NCBI GenBank assembly: GCA_041917295.1
Contig: JAYRXX010000063.1
Coordinates: 21,583 to 85,582 of the forward strand
Direction: 5' to 3'
Source of the DNA: Elusimicrobiota bacterium
GTDB lineage: Bacteria > Elusimicrobiota > Elusimicrobia > FEN-1173
Length of the DNA stretch: 64,000 nucleotides
Under the pieces are notes generated by a model. That model was not told where the DNA came from, did no database searches, and saw only the letters and a list, made by a program, of their open reading frames with translations. Below are positions 11,243 through 20,237 of the stretch, piece after piece (within the stretch, counting starts at the first letter, position 1; the number at the start of each line of letters is the position of its first letter). A program made the position numbers and the translations under genes.

Positions 11243-11932
11243 ATGAAACGGAAGGTTTTGGTCGTGGAAGACGACGCGGCCATCGCAAAACTCCTGGCGT
11301 ACAATCTCGAAAAAGAAGGGTATGAGCCGTTGCTGGCCAAGGACGGGGAAACGGCGGTGGCGCTGTTTCGAAGCCGCAAACCCCGGGTGGTCCTCTTGGA
11401 CCTGATGATTCCGAAAGTGGACGGCCTGGAGGTGTGCCGGTTGATTCGCGCCACGGACCGGTCCGTTCCGATTCTGATGTTGACGGCGAAAAGCGGCGAA
11501 GTGGACAAAATTGTCGGGCTGGAAATGGGCGCCGACGATTACGTGACAAAACCGTTTTCGGTTCGGGAAGTGATGACGCGGATAAAAACCCTGTTGCGCC
11601 GCACCTCTGCCGACAGCCCGGCCGCCGGGGCGGTTTTTCAAGTTGGCGCGTTGGTTTTGGATTCCGAAAAGCACACGGTTCATGTGGACGGAAAACCAAT
11701 CACGCTGACGGGCAAAGAATTCGATCTGCTTCGAACCCTGTGGGCGGCCCGGGGCAAAACCATGTCCCGGGAAGACATGCTGGAACAGGTGTGGGGCATC
11801 GACCGGGCGGCCGACATCGATACCCGAACCGTGGACCAGCACGTGGCGCGACTGCGGGGTAAATTGGGTGGCGAAAAAAACCGGTTGGTGACCGTCAAAA
11901 ACGTCGGGTATCGATTGGTCACGGAACCATGA
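11243..11932 (+). CDS. OmpR/PhoB-family response regulator
   Basis: REC domain (VLVVEDDAAIAKLL...LDLMIPKVDG) plus a winged-helix trans_reg_C domain (LTGKEFDLLRTLW...VDQHVARLRGKL). Starts immediately after the preceding stop. Confidence 0.85.
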   Translation: MKRKVLVVEDDAAIAKLLAYNLEKEGYEPLLAKDGETAVALFRSRKPRVVLLDLMIPKVDGLEVCRLIRATDRSVPILMLTAKSGEVDKIVGLEMGADDYVTKPFSVREVMTRIKTLLRRTSADSPAAGAVFQVGALVLDSEKHTVHVDGKPITLTGKEFDLLRTLWAARGKTMSREDMLEQVWGIDRAADIDTRTVDQHVARLRGKLGGEKNRLVTVKNVGYRLVTEP

Positions 11933-13020
11933 TCCGGCTGTTTCGCCGCCGCGTCCCCCCCGCGTCCCCCCCTGAAACAAAACCCGCCTCGGCCCGTCCC
12001 GATTTCATGAAAAATCTCGTCCATTCTTTAACCGACGGGGTTGTGGCGGTGGACGACCAACGGCGCGTTTTGCTGGCCAACCCGGCGGTGGACGGGCTTT
12101 TTAACCAGCCCTCGGCCAGCGCCGTGGGCAAACCCCTGTGGGAAGTGTTTCGCCATCGGGAGTGGGGCGCCCTGGTGGACCGCGTCTTTCAGACGGGCCA
12201 ACCCGAAAACAAAGAAATGGCGTTCGGACCGGCCAACGATCGGATTTACGACGTGAAAGTGGTCCCCATTATGGAGGGAGGCACCGTCCGCCACGTGGTG
12301 GCCACGTTTCATGAGGTGACCGCCTTGCGCCGGTTGGAACAGGGGCGGCGGGAATTTGTGGCGAACGTGTCCCACGAACTGAAAACGCCGTTAACCGCCC
12401 TCAGCGCCGCGCTCGAAACCCTGCTTGATGGCGCCCTCACGGACCCCGACCACGCCCGCGACTTTTTGATCACCGCCCAGGAACAGACCGCGCGGTTGCA
12501 ACGATTGATTGAGGATTTACTGGCTCTGTCCCGGCTGGACCGGCCCCAATCGAACCCATCGCCCGCTTCGTGCGTTCTTCAAGAAACCGGCCGGCGTGTG
12601 GTGAAAGCGCTGTCCCCCTTAGCCCAGAAATCCGGGGTGGCGGTGGGGCTGGATTTGCCAACAGATCCCTTGATCGTTGCCATGGCCGAAGACGAACTCA
12701 CGCAGGTGCTTGTTAATTTATTGGACAACGCCATTAAGTTTAACAGGCCCGACGGTCGGGTGGAAGTGCGCGCCCGGGCGGACGGCGTCAACACGGTGAT
12801 CGAAGTCAAAGACAGCGGTGTGGGCATTTCGGCGAACGATCAAGCGAGGGTGTTCGAGCGATTTTATCGGGCGGACAAATCCCGGGGCTCCGATCGGGGC
12901 GGAACCGGACTGGGCCTGGCTATTGTCAAACACATCGTCGAAAATCGAGGGGGAACTGTCGCGGTAACCAGCCGAACGGGAGAAGGGAGCGTTTTTTCCG
13001 TCCGGCTCCCGCGCCCGTAA
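11929..13020 (+). CDS. PAS-domain sensor histidine kinase (PhoR-like, no transmembrane segment)
   Basis: PAS region, H-box ANVSHELKTPLTAL, and HATPase_c N/G boxes (LLDNAIKFN, GTGLGLAIVKHIVE). ATGA overlap with the upstream regulator. Confidence 0.85.
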   Translation: MIRLFRRRVPPASPPETKPASARPDFMKNLVHSLTDGVVAVDDQRRVLLANPAVDGLFNQPSASAVGKPLWEVFRHREWGALVDRVFQTGQPENKEMAFGPANDRIYDVKVVPIMEGGTVRHVVATFHEVTALRRLEQGRREFVANVSHELKTPLTALSAALETLLDGALTDPDHARDFLITAQEQTARLQRLIEDLLALSRLDRPQSNPSPASCVLQETGRRVVKALSPLAQKSGVAVGLDLPTDPLIVAMAEDELTQVLVNLLDNAIKFNRPDGRVEVRARADGVNTVIEVKDSGVGISANDQARVFERFYRADKSRGSDRGGTGLGLAIVKHIVENRGGTVAVTSRTGEGSVFSVRLPRP

Positions 13021-13037
13021 ACTTCGGCCGACGCCAT

Positions 13038-13052
13038 CCCGGTGAAACCGGG
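13038..13052. terminator. hairpin between convergent genes (possible terminator)
   Basis: CCCGG-TGAAA-CCGGG stem-loop in the 47-nt gap. A T-run (TATTTTT) lies 16 nt downstream. Confidence 0.2.
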
Positions 13053-13067
13053 ACAGCGTGCGAGGTG

Positions 13068-14153
13068 CTATTTTTCCGCCACGATGAGGATGTGATCCAC
13101 GGGCAAGCCGGTCACCGTGTGTAATTTACGGAACCCCACTTTACGCAACCAGGCTTCGTATTCCCCCACTGAATAGAGATAGCCTGTTCCGGTGGCAATC
13201 CCCAAAAAGTAAGGGTTTCCCAACGCGGTGCTGACGGGCCCCTTTTCTTCCGCGTCCATGGCCATTCCGAACAACGCCAACGCACCGCCGGCCGGCAGGG
13301 CGTCGAACGCCTTTTTCATCAGGCGTTGGTCCGTGGCTTCCTCCCAAATGGAAAAGAGGTGGCAAAACAGGATCAAGTCGGCCCCTTGGGGGAAAGGATC
13401 TTCCAACAGGTTTCCCGGGTGCGTACTGACACGAGCCTGAAGACTGTGACTTTCGATGTTTTGGCGAGCCATTTCGCACACGGAGGGAAGGTCCATGATG
13501 GTGGCTTTCAAATGGGGATAATGCCGGGCAAAGGCCAGGGCGTTGGTCCCGTTTCCGCCCCCGATATCCACCAAATGTTTGAAACGGGAAAAGTCAAAAG
13601 ATTCCAACAGGGCCTCGTTGGCTTGGCGGGACAAACCCTCCATGGCCCGGGCAAAAACCCGTTCTTTGAAGGGGTCCGAACGCAAACGGGCGTAAAGCGA
13701 GTCGCCTTGCCCGGGAAACTTGTCGAGACCGGTGTTCTTGTTGGCGCGCAACGAACCGGCAAAATCTTCCAGACCGGGATAGACGATGTAACGTTGCCAC
13801 GCCATGGTGTCGCCCAAATATTCGGGTCTTCCTTCCACGAGACAGCGGTCGGCCCAGGCGCTGAGCGAATAGAGGTCGCCCTCTTTGAGAAGAACCCCCA
13901 AACTGACAAGTCCCGTGACCAACACGCGCACGGGCCGTTCCTGCAGGTTAAGGCCTTCGGCGATCTCTTTTCGCGTCAGCCCGGGCCGAGCCGACAGCAA
14001 ATTGTAAAGTCCCAGTTCCACCCCGGCCCACAGACATTGAAACGCCGCGTGACCTTCAATCAATAAATTTAGTTTTTCTTCGGTTAAATTGTCTCGAAAA
14101 AGCTCGTTGTTGGCGAACCGCATGGGCGTCTTTTCGTCCGCGTCCTTGTTCAT
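13068..14153 (-). CDS. class I SAM-dependent O-methyltransferase (family 2 OMT; CrtF / hydroxyneurosporene-OMT-like fold)
   Basis: N-terminal dimerisation/winged-helix region plus the SAM motif LVDIGGGNGTNALAFARHYPHLKATIMDLPSV. Confidence 0.75.
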   Translation of the reverse strand: MNKDADEKTPMRFANNELFRDNLTEEKLNLLIEGHAAFQCLWAGVELGLYNLLSARPGLTRKEIAEGLNLQERPVRVLVTGLVSLGVLLKEGDLYSLSAWADRCLVEGRPEYLGDTMAWQRYIVYPGLEDFAGSLRANKNTGLDKFPGQGDSLYARLRSDPFKERVFARAMEGLSRQANEALLESFDFSRFKHLVDIGGGNGTNALAFARHYPHLKATIMDLPSVCEMARQNIESHSLQARVSTHPGNLLEDPFPQGADLILFCHLFSIWEEATDQRLMKKAFDALPAGGALALFGMAMDAEEKGPVSTALGNPYFLGIATGTGYLYSVGEYEAWLRKVGFRKLHTVTGLPVDHILIVAEK

Positions 14154-14267
14154 GAGTCACTCCTTTGGGTCGGATTGGGTGTTTCCTTTCTTCAGTATAG
14201 CTCACCTCCGAAAAACCCGTGTAAAGAAGATGTCACATTCGTGTAAAATTTTTCCCATAAAAAACCA

Positions 14268-14295
14268 TTGATTTATGACGAAATCTGAGTATACT
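14268..14295 (+). promoter_or_regulatory. sigma70-like promoter
   Basis: TTGATT (14268-14273), 16-nt spacer, TATACT (14290-14295), in an AT-rich gap. AGGAGG lies 5 nt before the TTG start at 14327. Confidence 0.4.
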
Positions 14296-14326
14296 GAAAG
14301 GGAACACCCTGGGCAAGGAGGCCCGC

Positions 14327-16093
14327 TTGCGCCGGCACCTGTTTTTCTTGATTTCCACCGTCTTCTTTTCTCGAAGCCCCGCAATGGGCCTGGAATTTTT
14401 CTCAGACCGAACCATCGCCACGAAAGGGCCGGAAATTTTGAACCGCAACATCGGCGCCGGACCCGCTTCCCGGGGAGGGACCGGCGTGGCGTTGGGAGAA
14501 GATTCCAACTCACTTTTTTGGAACCCCGCCTGGGTTCAGGAACAAAAGCGTTCTGAAATCCTGTTGACCCACGAAACCGGTTTTGCCGGAGAACGATTGG
14601 ATAGTTTGGCCTGGGTTCGGCCCTACTGGGCCCGGGGCCGACGACGGACGTGGGGGGTGAGCGCGGCTTATTTGTCCCAAGACTCTTTTGAGATAAAATC
14701 AAATGACCAATCCATGGGCCAGGCCAACCCTTACGATTTGGCGGCGGGTCTGACTTACGCCCACCCCTGGGGACGAAGCCATGTTGGTTTGACCGCCAAA
14801 TACGTTCGCCAAGAACTGTTCAGTACCCACGCCCAAGCCATTGCCGCGGACATCGGCTGGGCCTTGACAGGAACGCGGTTCCGGACGGGGGCCGCTTTGG
14901 CCAATTTGGGGACACCGCTCCAGGGGTCGGGCGAAAGCGTGGGCCTTCCGCTGTCGGTGAAAGGCGGGGGCGCCTACCGTATTTTCTCTCAACCCCGCCA
15001 ACGCTGTTGGCTTGTGGGCCAACTGGACGCCCCGGCCGACGATCGGCCGATTGTCCATGGGGGATTGGAATACACCGCCCTTTTTTCAGACCGATGGACA
15101 TTGTCGTTACGGGGAGGATATCAAACCCTCGGTGCGGGGGAAGGGGTTTCATCCGGGTTCGGGCTCCAACGGGAGAACTGGGGGTTCAATTACGGGTTCC
15201 AAATGCAAAAAGATTTGGGCGACCTGCACCGGCTGGACCTTTCGTTCCGTTTCGGAGATCCGATCCGACAGGAACAGCAACGGGCCGAACTGCTTCAGGA
15301 CGCCGAGAAAAATTTGATCCAAAGCGACCTCTTGTCCGCGCGAAAAAAACTGATTGAACTGAACACGCTATCGCCCGGCGACCCGGCCGTAACCCGGTTA
15401 CGTCAAAAGCTGGAATCGCGCCTGGCCGAAAGTGTCGACCCGGCCACCCTGTTCGCCCAAGGGGTTCAATTGTTCGAATCGGGAGAAACGGAAAAGGCGT
15501 TGACCCTTTTTGAAAAAGTGTCGGTCATTGAGCCAAAATTTCCCCACGCACAAGCCTGGCTGGATCGGTGCCGATCCAAAATCGAAGACCAACGGGTTCG
15601 GCAATTGAAAAAAGATTTGGCCCGGGCCAAAGAAAAAGAAATTTCCAAGCTTATGGTCCAGGCCCGGGACTTGGAATCCGCCAAAAAGTGGGAAGAAGCC
15701 GCTCAGGTCTGGAAAAAGGCCCGGGAAACGGGAGCGCCGGTATCGGTGGCGGACAACGGCTTGGATCGGTGCCGTGGGGCGTTGGTGGCGATCGCGGACC
15801 GGCGGGAAAAAGAGTCCGACTGGGACGGCGCCCTGGCGGCTCTTCGGTCGGCACAAACTTGCGGCGATCCCGACAAAGAATTGTCCGGCCGAACGGCCCG
15901 TTTGGAAAAAACAAAAACGGAATTCCAAAAACGTTTGGCCCAATCCACCTACACCGAAGGGATGGACGCCTATCAGGCCGGAGATATGTCCCGCGCCCGA
16001 ACTCTGTTTCAAAAAGCGGTCACACTGGACCCCGCCAATTCCACGTATCAACGGGCCCTGGACCGCACCCGAGCGGACCGGACCAATCCATGA
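14327..16093 (+). CDS. secreted protein: N-terminal beta-barrel-like domain (PorV/PorQ/FadL-like glycine motif) fused to C-terminal TPR/coiled-coil repeats
   Basis: TTG start with strong RBS and signal-like N-terminus. N-terminal motif GAGPASRGGTGVALGEDSNSLFWNPAW with alternating beta-strand pattern over ~300 aa. The C-terminal ~280 aa are TPR-like helical repeats. Stop ATGA-overlaps the downstream histidine kinase. Confidence 0.6.
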   Translation: MRRHLFFLISTVFFSRSPAMGLEFFSDRTIATKGPEILNRNIGAGPASRGGTGVALGEDSNSLFWNPAWVQEQKRSEILLTHETGFAGERLDSLAWVRPYWARGRRRTWGVSAAYLSQDSFEIKSNDQSMGQANPYDLAAGLTYAHPWGRSHVGLTAKYVRQELFSTHAQAIAADIGWALTGTRFRTGAALANLGTPLQGSGESVGLPLSVKGGGAYRIFSQPRQRCWLVGQLDAPADDRPIVHGGLEYTALFSDRWTLSLRGGYQTLGAGEGVSSGFGLQRENWGFNYGFQMQKDLGDLHRLDLSFRFGDPIRQEQQRAELLQDAEKNLIQSDLLSARKKLIELNTLSPGDPAVTRLRQKLESRLAESVDPATLFAQGVQLFESGETEKALTLFEKVSVIEPKFPHAQAWLDRCRSKIEDQRVRQLKKDLARAKEKEISKLMVQARDLESAKKWEEAAQVWKKARETGAPVSVADNGLDRCRGALVAIADRREKESDWDGALAALRSAQTCGDPDKELSGRTARLEKTKTEFQKRLAQSTYTEGMDAYQAGDMSRARTLFQKAVTLDPANSTYQRALDRTRADRTNP

Positions 16094-17469
16094 CGATACG
16101 GACCCGCGTGACCGGACTGATGTTGATGTTTGTGCTGGGAATTGTTTTTCTTTCGGGCTCGGCCCTCTACGTCTCGGAAAAAAAGGCGCTTCGGGCCGAA
16201 GCGCTGTCGACTCGAACCAGAACGGCGGACCAATTTGCGCGGGCGTGCCGGGACGCGTTGAAAGTGGGTGACGAACTGGCCGCCCTGAACGCCGCCCAGT
16301 ATGTGGGCCAGGTTCCGGGTGTTCTGCAAGCCTACGCGGTGGACGCCGCAAACAGGGTCGTGGCGCACACGGTGAAAGGTCGATTGGGCCGTTCGCCGAT
16401 CCAGGATCCGCCCCTGGCGGACCGGTGGCGGGTGGTTCGGTCCTTGGGGCTGGCTCGTTCAAAAGACAAGCCCGACGCCCAAGCGGTTGTGGATTTTTCT
16501 CGATCCACGTTGGAGGACGACATCGCCGCGGCTCTACGGCCGGCGGCACGGCGCATTGCGGGGGTCACGGCGGCCGCGTCGATTCTGAGTCTGTTGGGGG
16601 CGGCTTTGTTGGCTGGGAGCATCACCCGCCCCCTCGATCGAATTGCCCAAGCCACCCGGGCGTTGGCCGATGGGCGGTTAAACCACGTCATCGAACCGCT
16701 CGGACACGACGAAGTCGGCGCGTTGGCCAACGATTTTAATCGAATGGCGGCCCGGTTGGGCGAAGTGGAACAAATGAAAAGCGCCTTTGTGGCCAACGTC
16801 ACCCACGAGTTGCGATCGCCGATTTCCGCCATCGAAAGTTGCGCGCGGCTGATTGCCGAAGAAGTTCGCGCCGGCGATTTGGCGGACGTAACGGAGCAAC
16901 TGTCGTCGGTCCGCAACAACGCGAGTCGACTGGGACGGTTTATTAATAATTTGCTTGACTTATCCAAGATCGACGCGGGCGCAACCGGGGTGGATCCGGA
17001 ACGGTTGTCGGCGCGGGAGTCCCTTGACGAGGTGGCAAACCTGTTTCACGCCAAAGCCCTGGAAAAAAACATCGCGCTGGCACTGGATGTGACGGACGGG
17101 TTGGAGATCTGGGCCGACCCCGACAAGCTGGGGCAGATCATCACCAATTTGGTGGGAAACGCCCTAAAGTTCACCCCGCCCAACGGCCGCATTACGTTGC
17201 GGGGTCGGGCGGACGGGTCCGGCACCGTGTTGAGCGTGGCGGACACCGGTCCGGGAATCCGGCCGGAAGATCAAGCCCGTATTTTTGACCGGTTCGAGCA
17301 GGTTCGGGAAACCCGCGATCGGGTCAATGGCCCGAAAGGAACGGGCCTGGGATTGGCCATTGCGCGGGGTCTGGCCGAAGCCCATGGGGGCCGTTTGACG
17401 GTTCGTTCCGTGGTCGGACAGGGAAGCGAATTTATACTCTGGTTACCCAAGGAGGTAGAGAATGGTTAA
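16090..17469 (+). CDS. sensor histidine kinase (2 TM, periplasmic sensor domain, HAMP, HisKA, HATPase_c)
   Basis: Starts MTIRTRVTGLMLMFVLGIVFLSG (TM1), with a second TM at AAASILSLLGAALLAG. H-box VTHELRSPISAIE, N box GNALKFT, G box GTGLGLAIARGLAE. The ORF-track N-terminus (15568) is an in-frame extension through the upstream gene. Confidence 0.85.
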   Translation: MTIRTRVTGLMLMFVLGIVFLSGSALYVSEKKALRAEALSTRTRTADQFARACRDALKVGDELAALNAAQYVGQVPGVLQAYAVDAANRVVAHTVKGRLGRSPIQDPPLADRWRVVRSLGLARSKDKPDAQAVVDFSRSTLEDDIAAALRPAARRIAGVTAAASILSLLGAALLAGSITRPLDRIAQATRALADGRLNHVIEPLGHDEVGALANDFNRMAARLGEVEQMKSAFVANVTHELRSPISAIESCARLIAEEVRAGDLADVTEQLSSVRNNASRLGRFINNLLDLSKIDAGATGVDPERLSARESLDEVANLFHAKALEKNIALALDVTDGLEIWADPDKLGQIITNLVGNALKFTPPNGRITLRGRADGSGTVLSVADTGPGIRPEDQARIFDRFEQVRETRDRVNGPKGTGLGLAIARGLAEAHGGRLTVRSVVGQGSEFILWLPKEVENG

Positions 17470-18160
17470 TCAACGCGTGTTGGTGGTGGACGACGAACCG
17501 GACTTTCGCATGGTGATCGGGAAGATATTGCGGGACGAACAATTTGTGGTTTTGGAAGCGGCCAACGGCGAAGAGGGGGAAAAAATGGCCCGAGAATCCC
17601 GTCCCGACGCTCTGCTTTTGGATTGGAACTTACCGCACAAAGATGGAATTGATGTGTGCAAAGCGTTGAAGTCGGATCCCGCCACGCGGTCGATCCCGAT
17701 TTTAATGTTGACATCCCGGTCCCGGGAAGAAGACGCCGTGCTGGCCCTGGAAATTGGGGCCGACGATTTTGTGGTCAAAAAGGCGTTGCGCCGAAAAGAA
17801 GTGATCGCGCGGGTTCGCGCCCTGATCCGGCGGGCCGCCGCGCCGGTGGACACGTCCGGAGAAATCATCGAGGTGGGCAAGATCCGCATCGACACCGCCC
17901 GGCGCGTCGTGACGGTGCAAGGAAAACCCGTGGCCCTTCGGCTTAAAGAGTTCGACCTGCTTCACGTCATGGCCAAACGACCGGACCGGGTGTTGACCCG
18001 CAACTTTCTGAGTGAAACCGTGTGGGGCGATCCCTATTTCGGCACCACCCGCACCATCGACATGACCGTCGCCCATTTGCGGGGCCAACTGGGGCCGGAA
18101 GGGCGGCGCATCGAAAGTTTGATCGGGGTGGGCTACAAATTTCTCGGACCCAACAGCTAA
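17462..18160 (+). CDS. OmpR-family response regulator
   Basis: REC domain (VLVVDDEPDF...LLLDWNLPHKDG) plus winged-helix output domain. AGGAGG RBS. 8-nt overlap with the kinase. Confidence 0.85.
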   Translation: MVNQRVLVVDDEPDFRMVIGKILRDEQFVVLEAANGEEGEKMARESRPDALLLDWNLPHKDGIDVCKALKSDPATRSIPILMLTSRSREEDAVLALEIGADDFVVKKALRRKEVIARVRALIRRAAAPVDTSGEIIEVGKIRIDTARRVVTVQGKPVALRLKEFDLLHVMAKRPDRVLTRNFLSETVWGDPYFGTTRTIDMTVAHLRGQLGPEGRRIESLIGVGYKFLGPNS

Positions 18161-18167
18161 CCCCAAT

Positions 18168-18240
18168 GCACTTTAGATAAGCCGTCATCCCGGCAAAAGC
18201 CGGGATCCAGTCATTGGAATGATGGCTAAAGTGCGGTTTT
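18168..18240 (+). terminator. nested-hairpin rho-independent terminator after the regulator gene
   Basis: Outer stem GCACTTTAG (18168-18176) / CTAAAGTGC (18226-18234) encloses an inner hairpin ATCCCGGC-AAAA-GCCGGGAT, then GGTTTT. A second hairpin CCCCGGC-TTTC-GCCGGGG at 18251-18268 could serve the convergent minus-strand gene. Confidence 0.4.
18183..18215. repeat. short palindromic element, copy 1 (REP-like)
   Basis: CGTCATCCCGGCAAAAGCCGGGATCCAGTCATT. Closely resembles the 33563-33600 element. Confidence 0.35.
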
Positions 18241-18308
18241 AAACCCTGGCCCCCGGCTTTCGCCGGGGAGACAATCCTTATTTGAACCGCATTGCAGCTA
18301 ACCCGAAA

Positions 18309-20237
18309 TTACCATTCCACCAGAACTTCGCCCCGGTCGGTTCGGCCGTCGGCCTCAACGGCAATGACGTACATCCCGGCGCGCACGCGTTCCTGAGCCT
18401 CGTTGCGGCCGTCCCACACAACGACCGCCGTTCCGTTGACCTCCTCATCAAGAAGAGTCCGCACTTTTCGTCCGCTCCGCTCAAACACCGTCGCCCGCAA
18501 TCGGCCACCGGACGAAAAACAGTCCCACTGGGCACGCTCCGCCCCGCCCCGTCCCACCCGGTTGGTCACCACCGCCATTCGTGATCCCGCGTTCGCAACG
18601 GTGAGGGCCACCGAAGCCGGAGCGCTTTCCCGTCCGGATGCCTGCCGAAAGACAACCGACACCGTTTTGGGCCCGGGCGTTCCAACGATCTCAACGGTTC
18701 GCCGAGTCTGGTAAGGCATCCACCGATCTTTATCCGGACCGTCTATGGCGCCCGACAATTTCATTTCCGTTGGGGAACCCCGAACCGCGAACTCCAAGTC
18801 CGCTCTTTTTGTTGACCCGCTTTGCCCGACGATCCGCACCGTCGGATCCGTGAGGGGTTCAAACCCATAAAACAAGTTGATGTGCCACCGATGGAGGGAA
18901 GGTCCGGGTTTTTGGATGATCCACAGATCGTCGCGGCCGTCCAGGTCCATATCCACCAGATGGATTTCGTCTTGTTCGTGGGATTCGCCGTCAATGGTTA
19001 AGCTGGGCGTGTTCGACAGGGACCCGTCCGCCAACGCGTCGTCGGCCAAAAAGAGGGCGGTCACCGTTTTCACTCCCCCCGTGGAAGACCAAACCAAATC
19101 GTCATGCCCGTCGCCATCAAAATCCCCGGCGGCGGCCAGGGTGTCCACCTGGCCCGCCTGCCGGAGGAACGTGGGGGACAGCCCATCGATGGACACAGTC
19201 CCATTCTGGGCTCCCAGCACCGGTCCGGAGAGAAGTCGCCAGCGAACGGTTGACCCGGACTGTTCGCGGACCACCGCGTCCAAGCGGCCGTCTCCATTTC
19301 GGTCCGCGGCCAATACAAAATCCAAAGACCACCCGGGCGACGCCGTAACCCGCAAGGGCGGGTTGCTGGACGCGTTCCACGTGGACGGCAAAGTAGTCGC
19401 TCCCCAAAAAATGTCCAAGCCGGTTCCCCGGCTAAGAACCAGATCGGCGACGCTGTCTGCGTCTAAATGGAAAACAGGGTTACGTCCTTTCAAACAACCG
19501 GAATAGCCTTGCCATTTCTTCACATCGGGCATCGAGTCCAACAGCACAGATCCGGCCAAACGGGTTTTCATGGGCAAAATGTAAAGCACGTCATGAACAG
19601 CGGAAAAACCGGTGCTGGTCATAACAAGATCTATTTTTCCGTCGTCATCAACGTCCCCCGCGTGGAGAGATAACGCGGACGGGAACTGGGAGGAAGGCCA
19701 TCTCGCCTGAAAATCAGGGCTCTCTTTATCCCGAGTCGTCCAGGCCTCGCGACCCCAAAACACCCCGAGGGTGGTGTCGTAGAGGACGAAATCCAATTTC
19801 CCATCACCGTCCCAATCGGACAGGTTATGCAATAGACTGAAATGCCCTTGACCGGATTGATTAAAAAAAGACGATTCATACAACACAAAAGACCGAGCCT
19901 CGTTTAGATTAATTGTTTCGGACAACCGCTGGCCTGGGCGGCTCAACACCGAAACATTCGAATACACCCATCGGCCTGAAAAAATGGGCGGTGATTCCAA
20001 AACATGAAAAAAAACCGCGTCGGGCTTGCCGTCCTGATCCACATCACCGAAAACGGCCTGCCGGCCCGCCAATGAGCCATGCTGGCCTGTTTCAATGCGC
20101 GCATCTTGGTCGCCGTCTTCCAGGGAATAATTTGGGAAAGTGCCGGCGTAGACCGAAACGAATCCGACCGTCGCCGCGACAACCGCGGGAAACAAGGGCC
20201 TACTCCAGCAACACATTGACTTTCTCCTGGCGTCCAT
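18309..20237 (-). CDS. secreted FG-GAP/VCBS-repeat beta-propeller protein with C-terminal FlgD-Ig-like (T9SS-CTD-like) domain
   Basis: Signal peptide. Repeated Ca-binding-like motifs (DVDQDGKPD, DWDGDGKLD, DVDDDGKIDLV, GDFDGDGHDDLV, DMDLDGRDDL). C-terminal ~80 aa ...VVWDGRNEAQERVRAGMYVIAVEADG... matches the FlgD Ig-like pattern. ORF track starts at 20246; M4 at 20237 is preferred. Confidence 0.65.
   Translation of the reverse strand: MDARRKSMCCWSRPLFPAVVAATVGFVSVYAGTFPNYSLEDGDQDARIETGQHGSLAGRQAVFGDVDQDGKPDAVFFHVLESPPIFSGRWVYSNVSVLSRPGQRLSETINLNEARSFVLYESSFFNQSGQGHFSLLHNLSDWDGDGKLDFVLYDTTLGVFWGREAWTTRDKESPDFQARWPSSQFPSALSLHAGDVDDDGKIDLVMTSTGFSAVHDVLYILPMKTRLAGSVLLDSMPDVKKWQGYSGCLKGRNPVFHLDADSVADLVLSRGTGLDIFWGATTLPSTWNASSNPPLRVTASPGWSLDFVLAADRNGDGRLDAVVREQSGSTVRWRLLSGPVLGAQNGTVSIDGLSPTFLRQAGQVDTLAAAGDFDGDGHDDLVWSSTGGVKTVTALFLADDALADGSLSNTPSLTIDGESHEQDEIHLVDMDLDGRDDLWIIQKPGPSLHRWHINLFYGFEPLTDPTVRIVGQSGSTKRADLEFAVRGSPTEMKLSGAIDGPDKDRWMPYQTRRTVEIVGTPGPKTVSVVFRQASGRESAPASVALTVANAGSRMAVVTNRVGRGGAERAQWDCFSSGGRLRATVFERSGRKVRTLLDEEVNGTAVVVWDGRNEAQERVRAGMYVIAVEADGRTDRGEVLVEW

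Noticed and set aside
13326-14066. 246-aa plus-strand ORF antisense to the O-methyltransferase
   Set aside because: Antisense artefact; the methyltransferase motif set is on the minus strand.
15568-16089. N-terminal 174 aa of the ORF-track 633-aa kinase call
   Set aside because: In-frame extension through the upstream TPR gene in another frame. The kinase TM1 begins at the ATG at 16090, ATGA-coupled.
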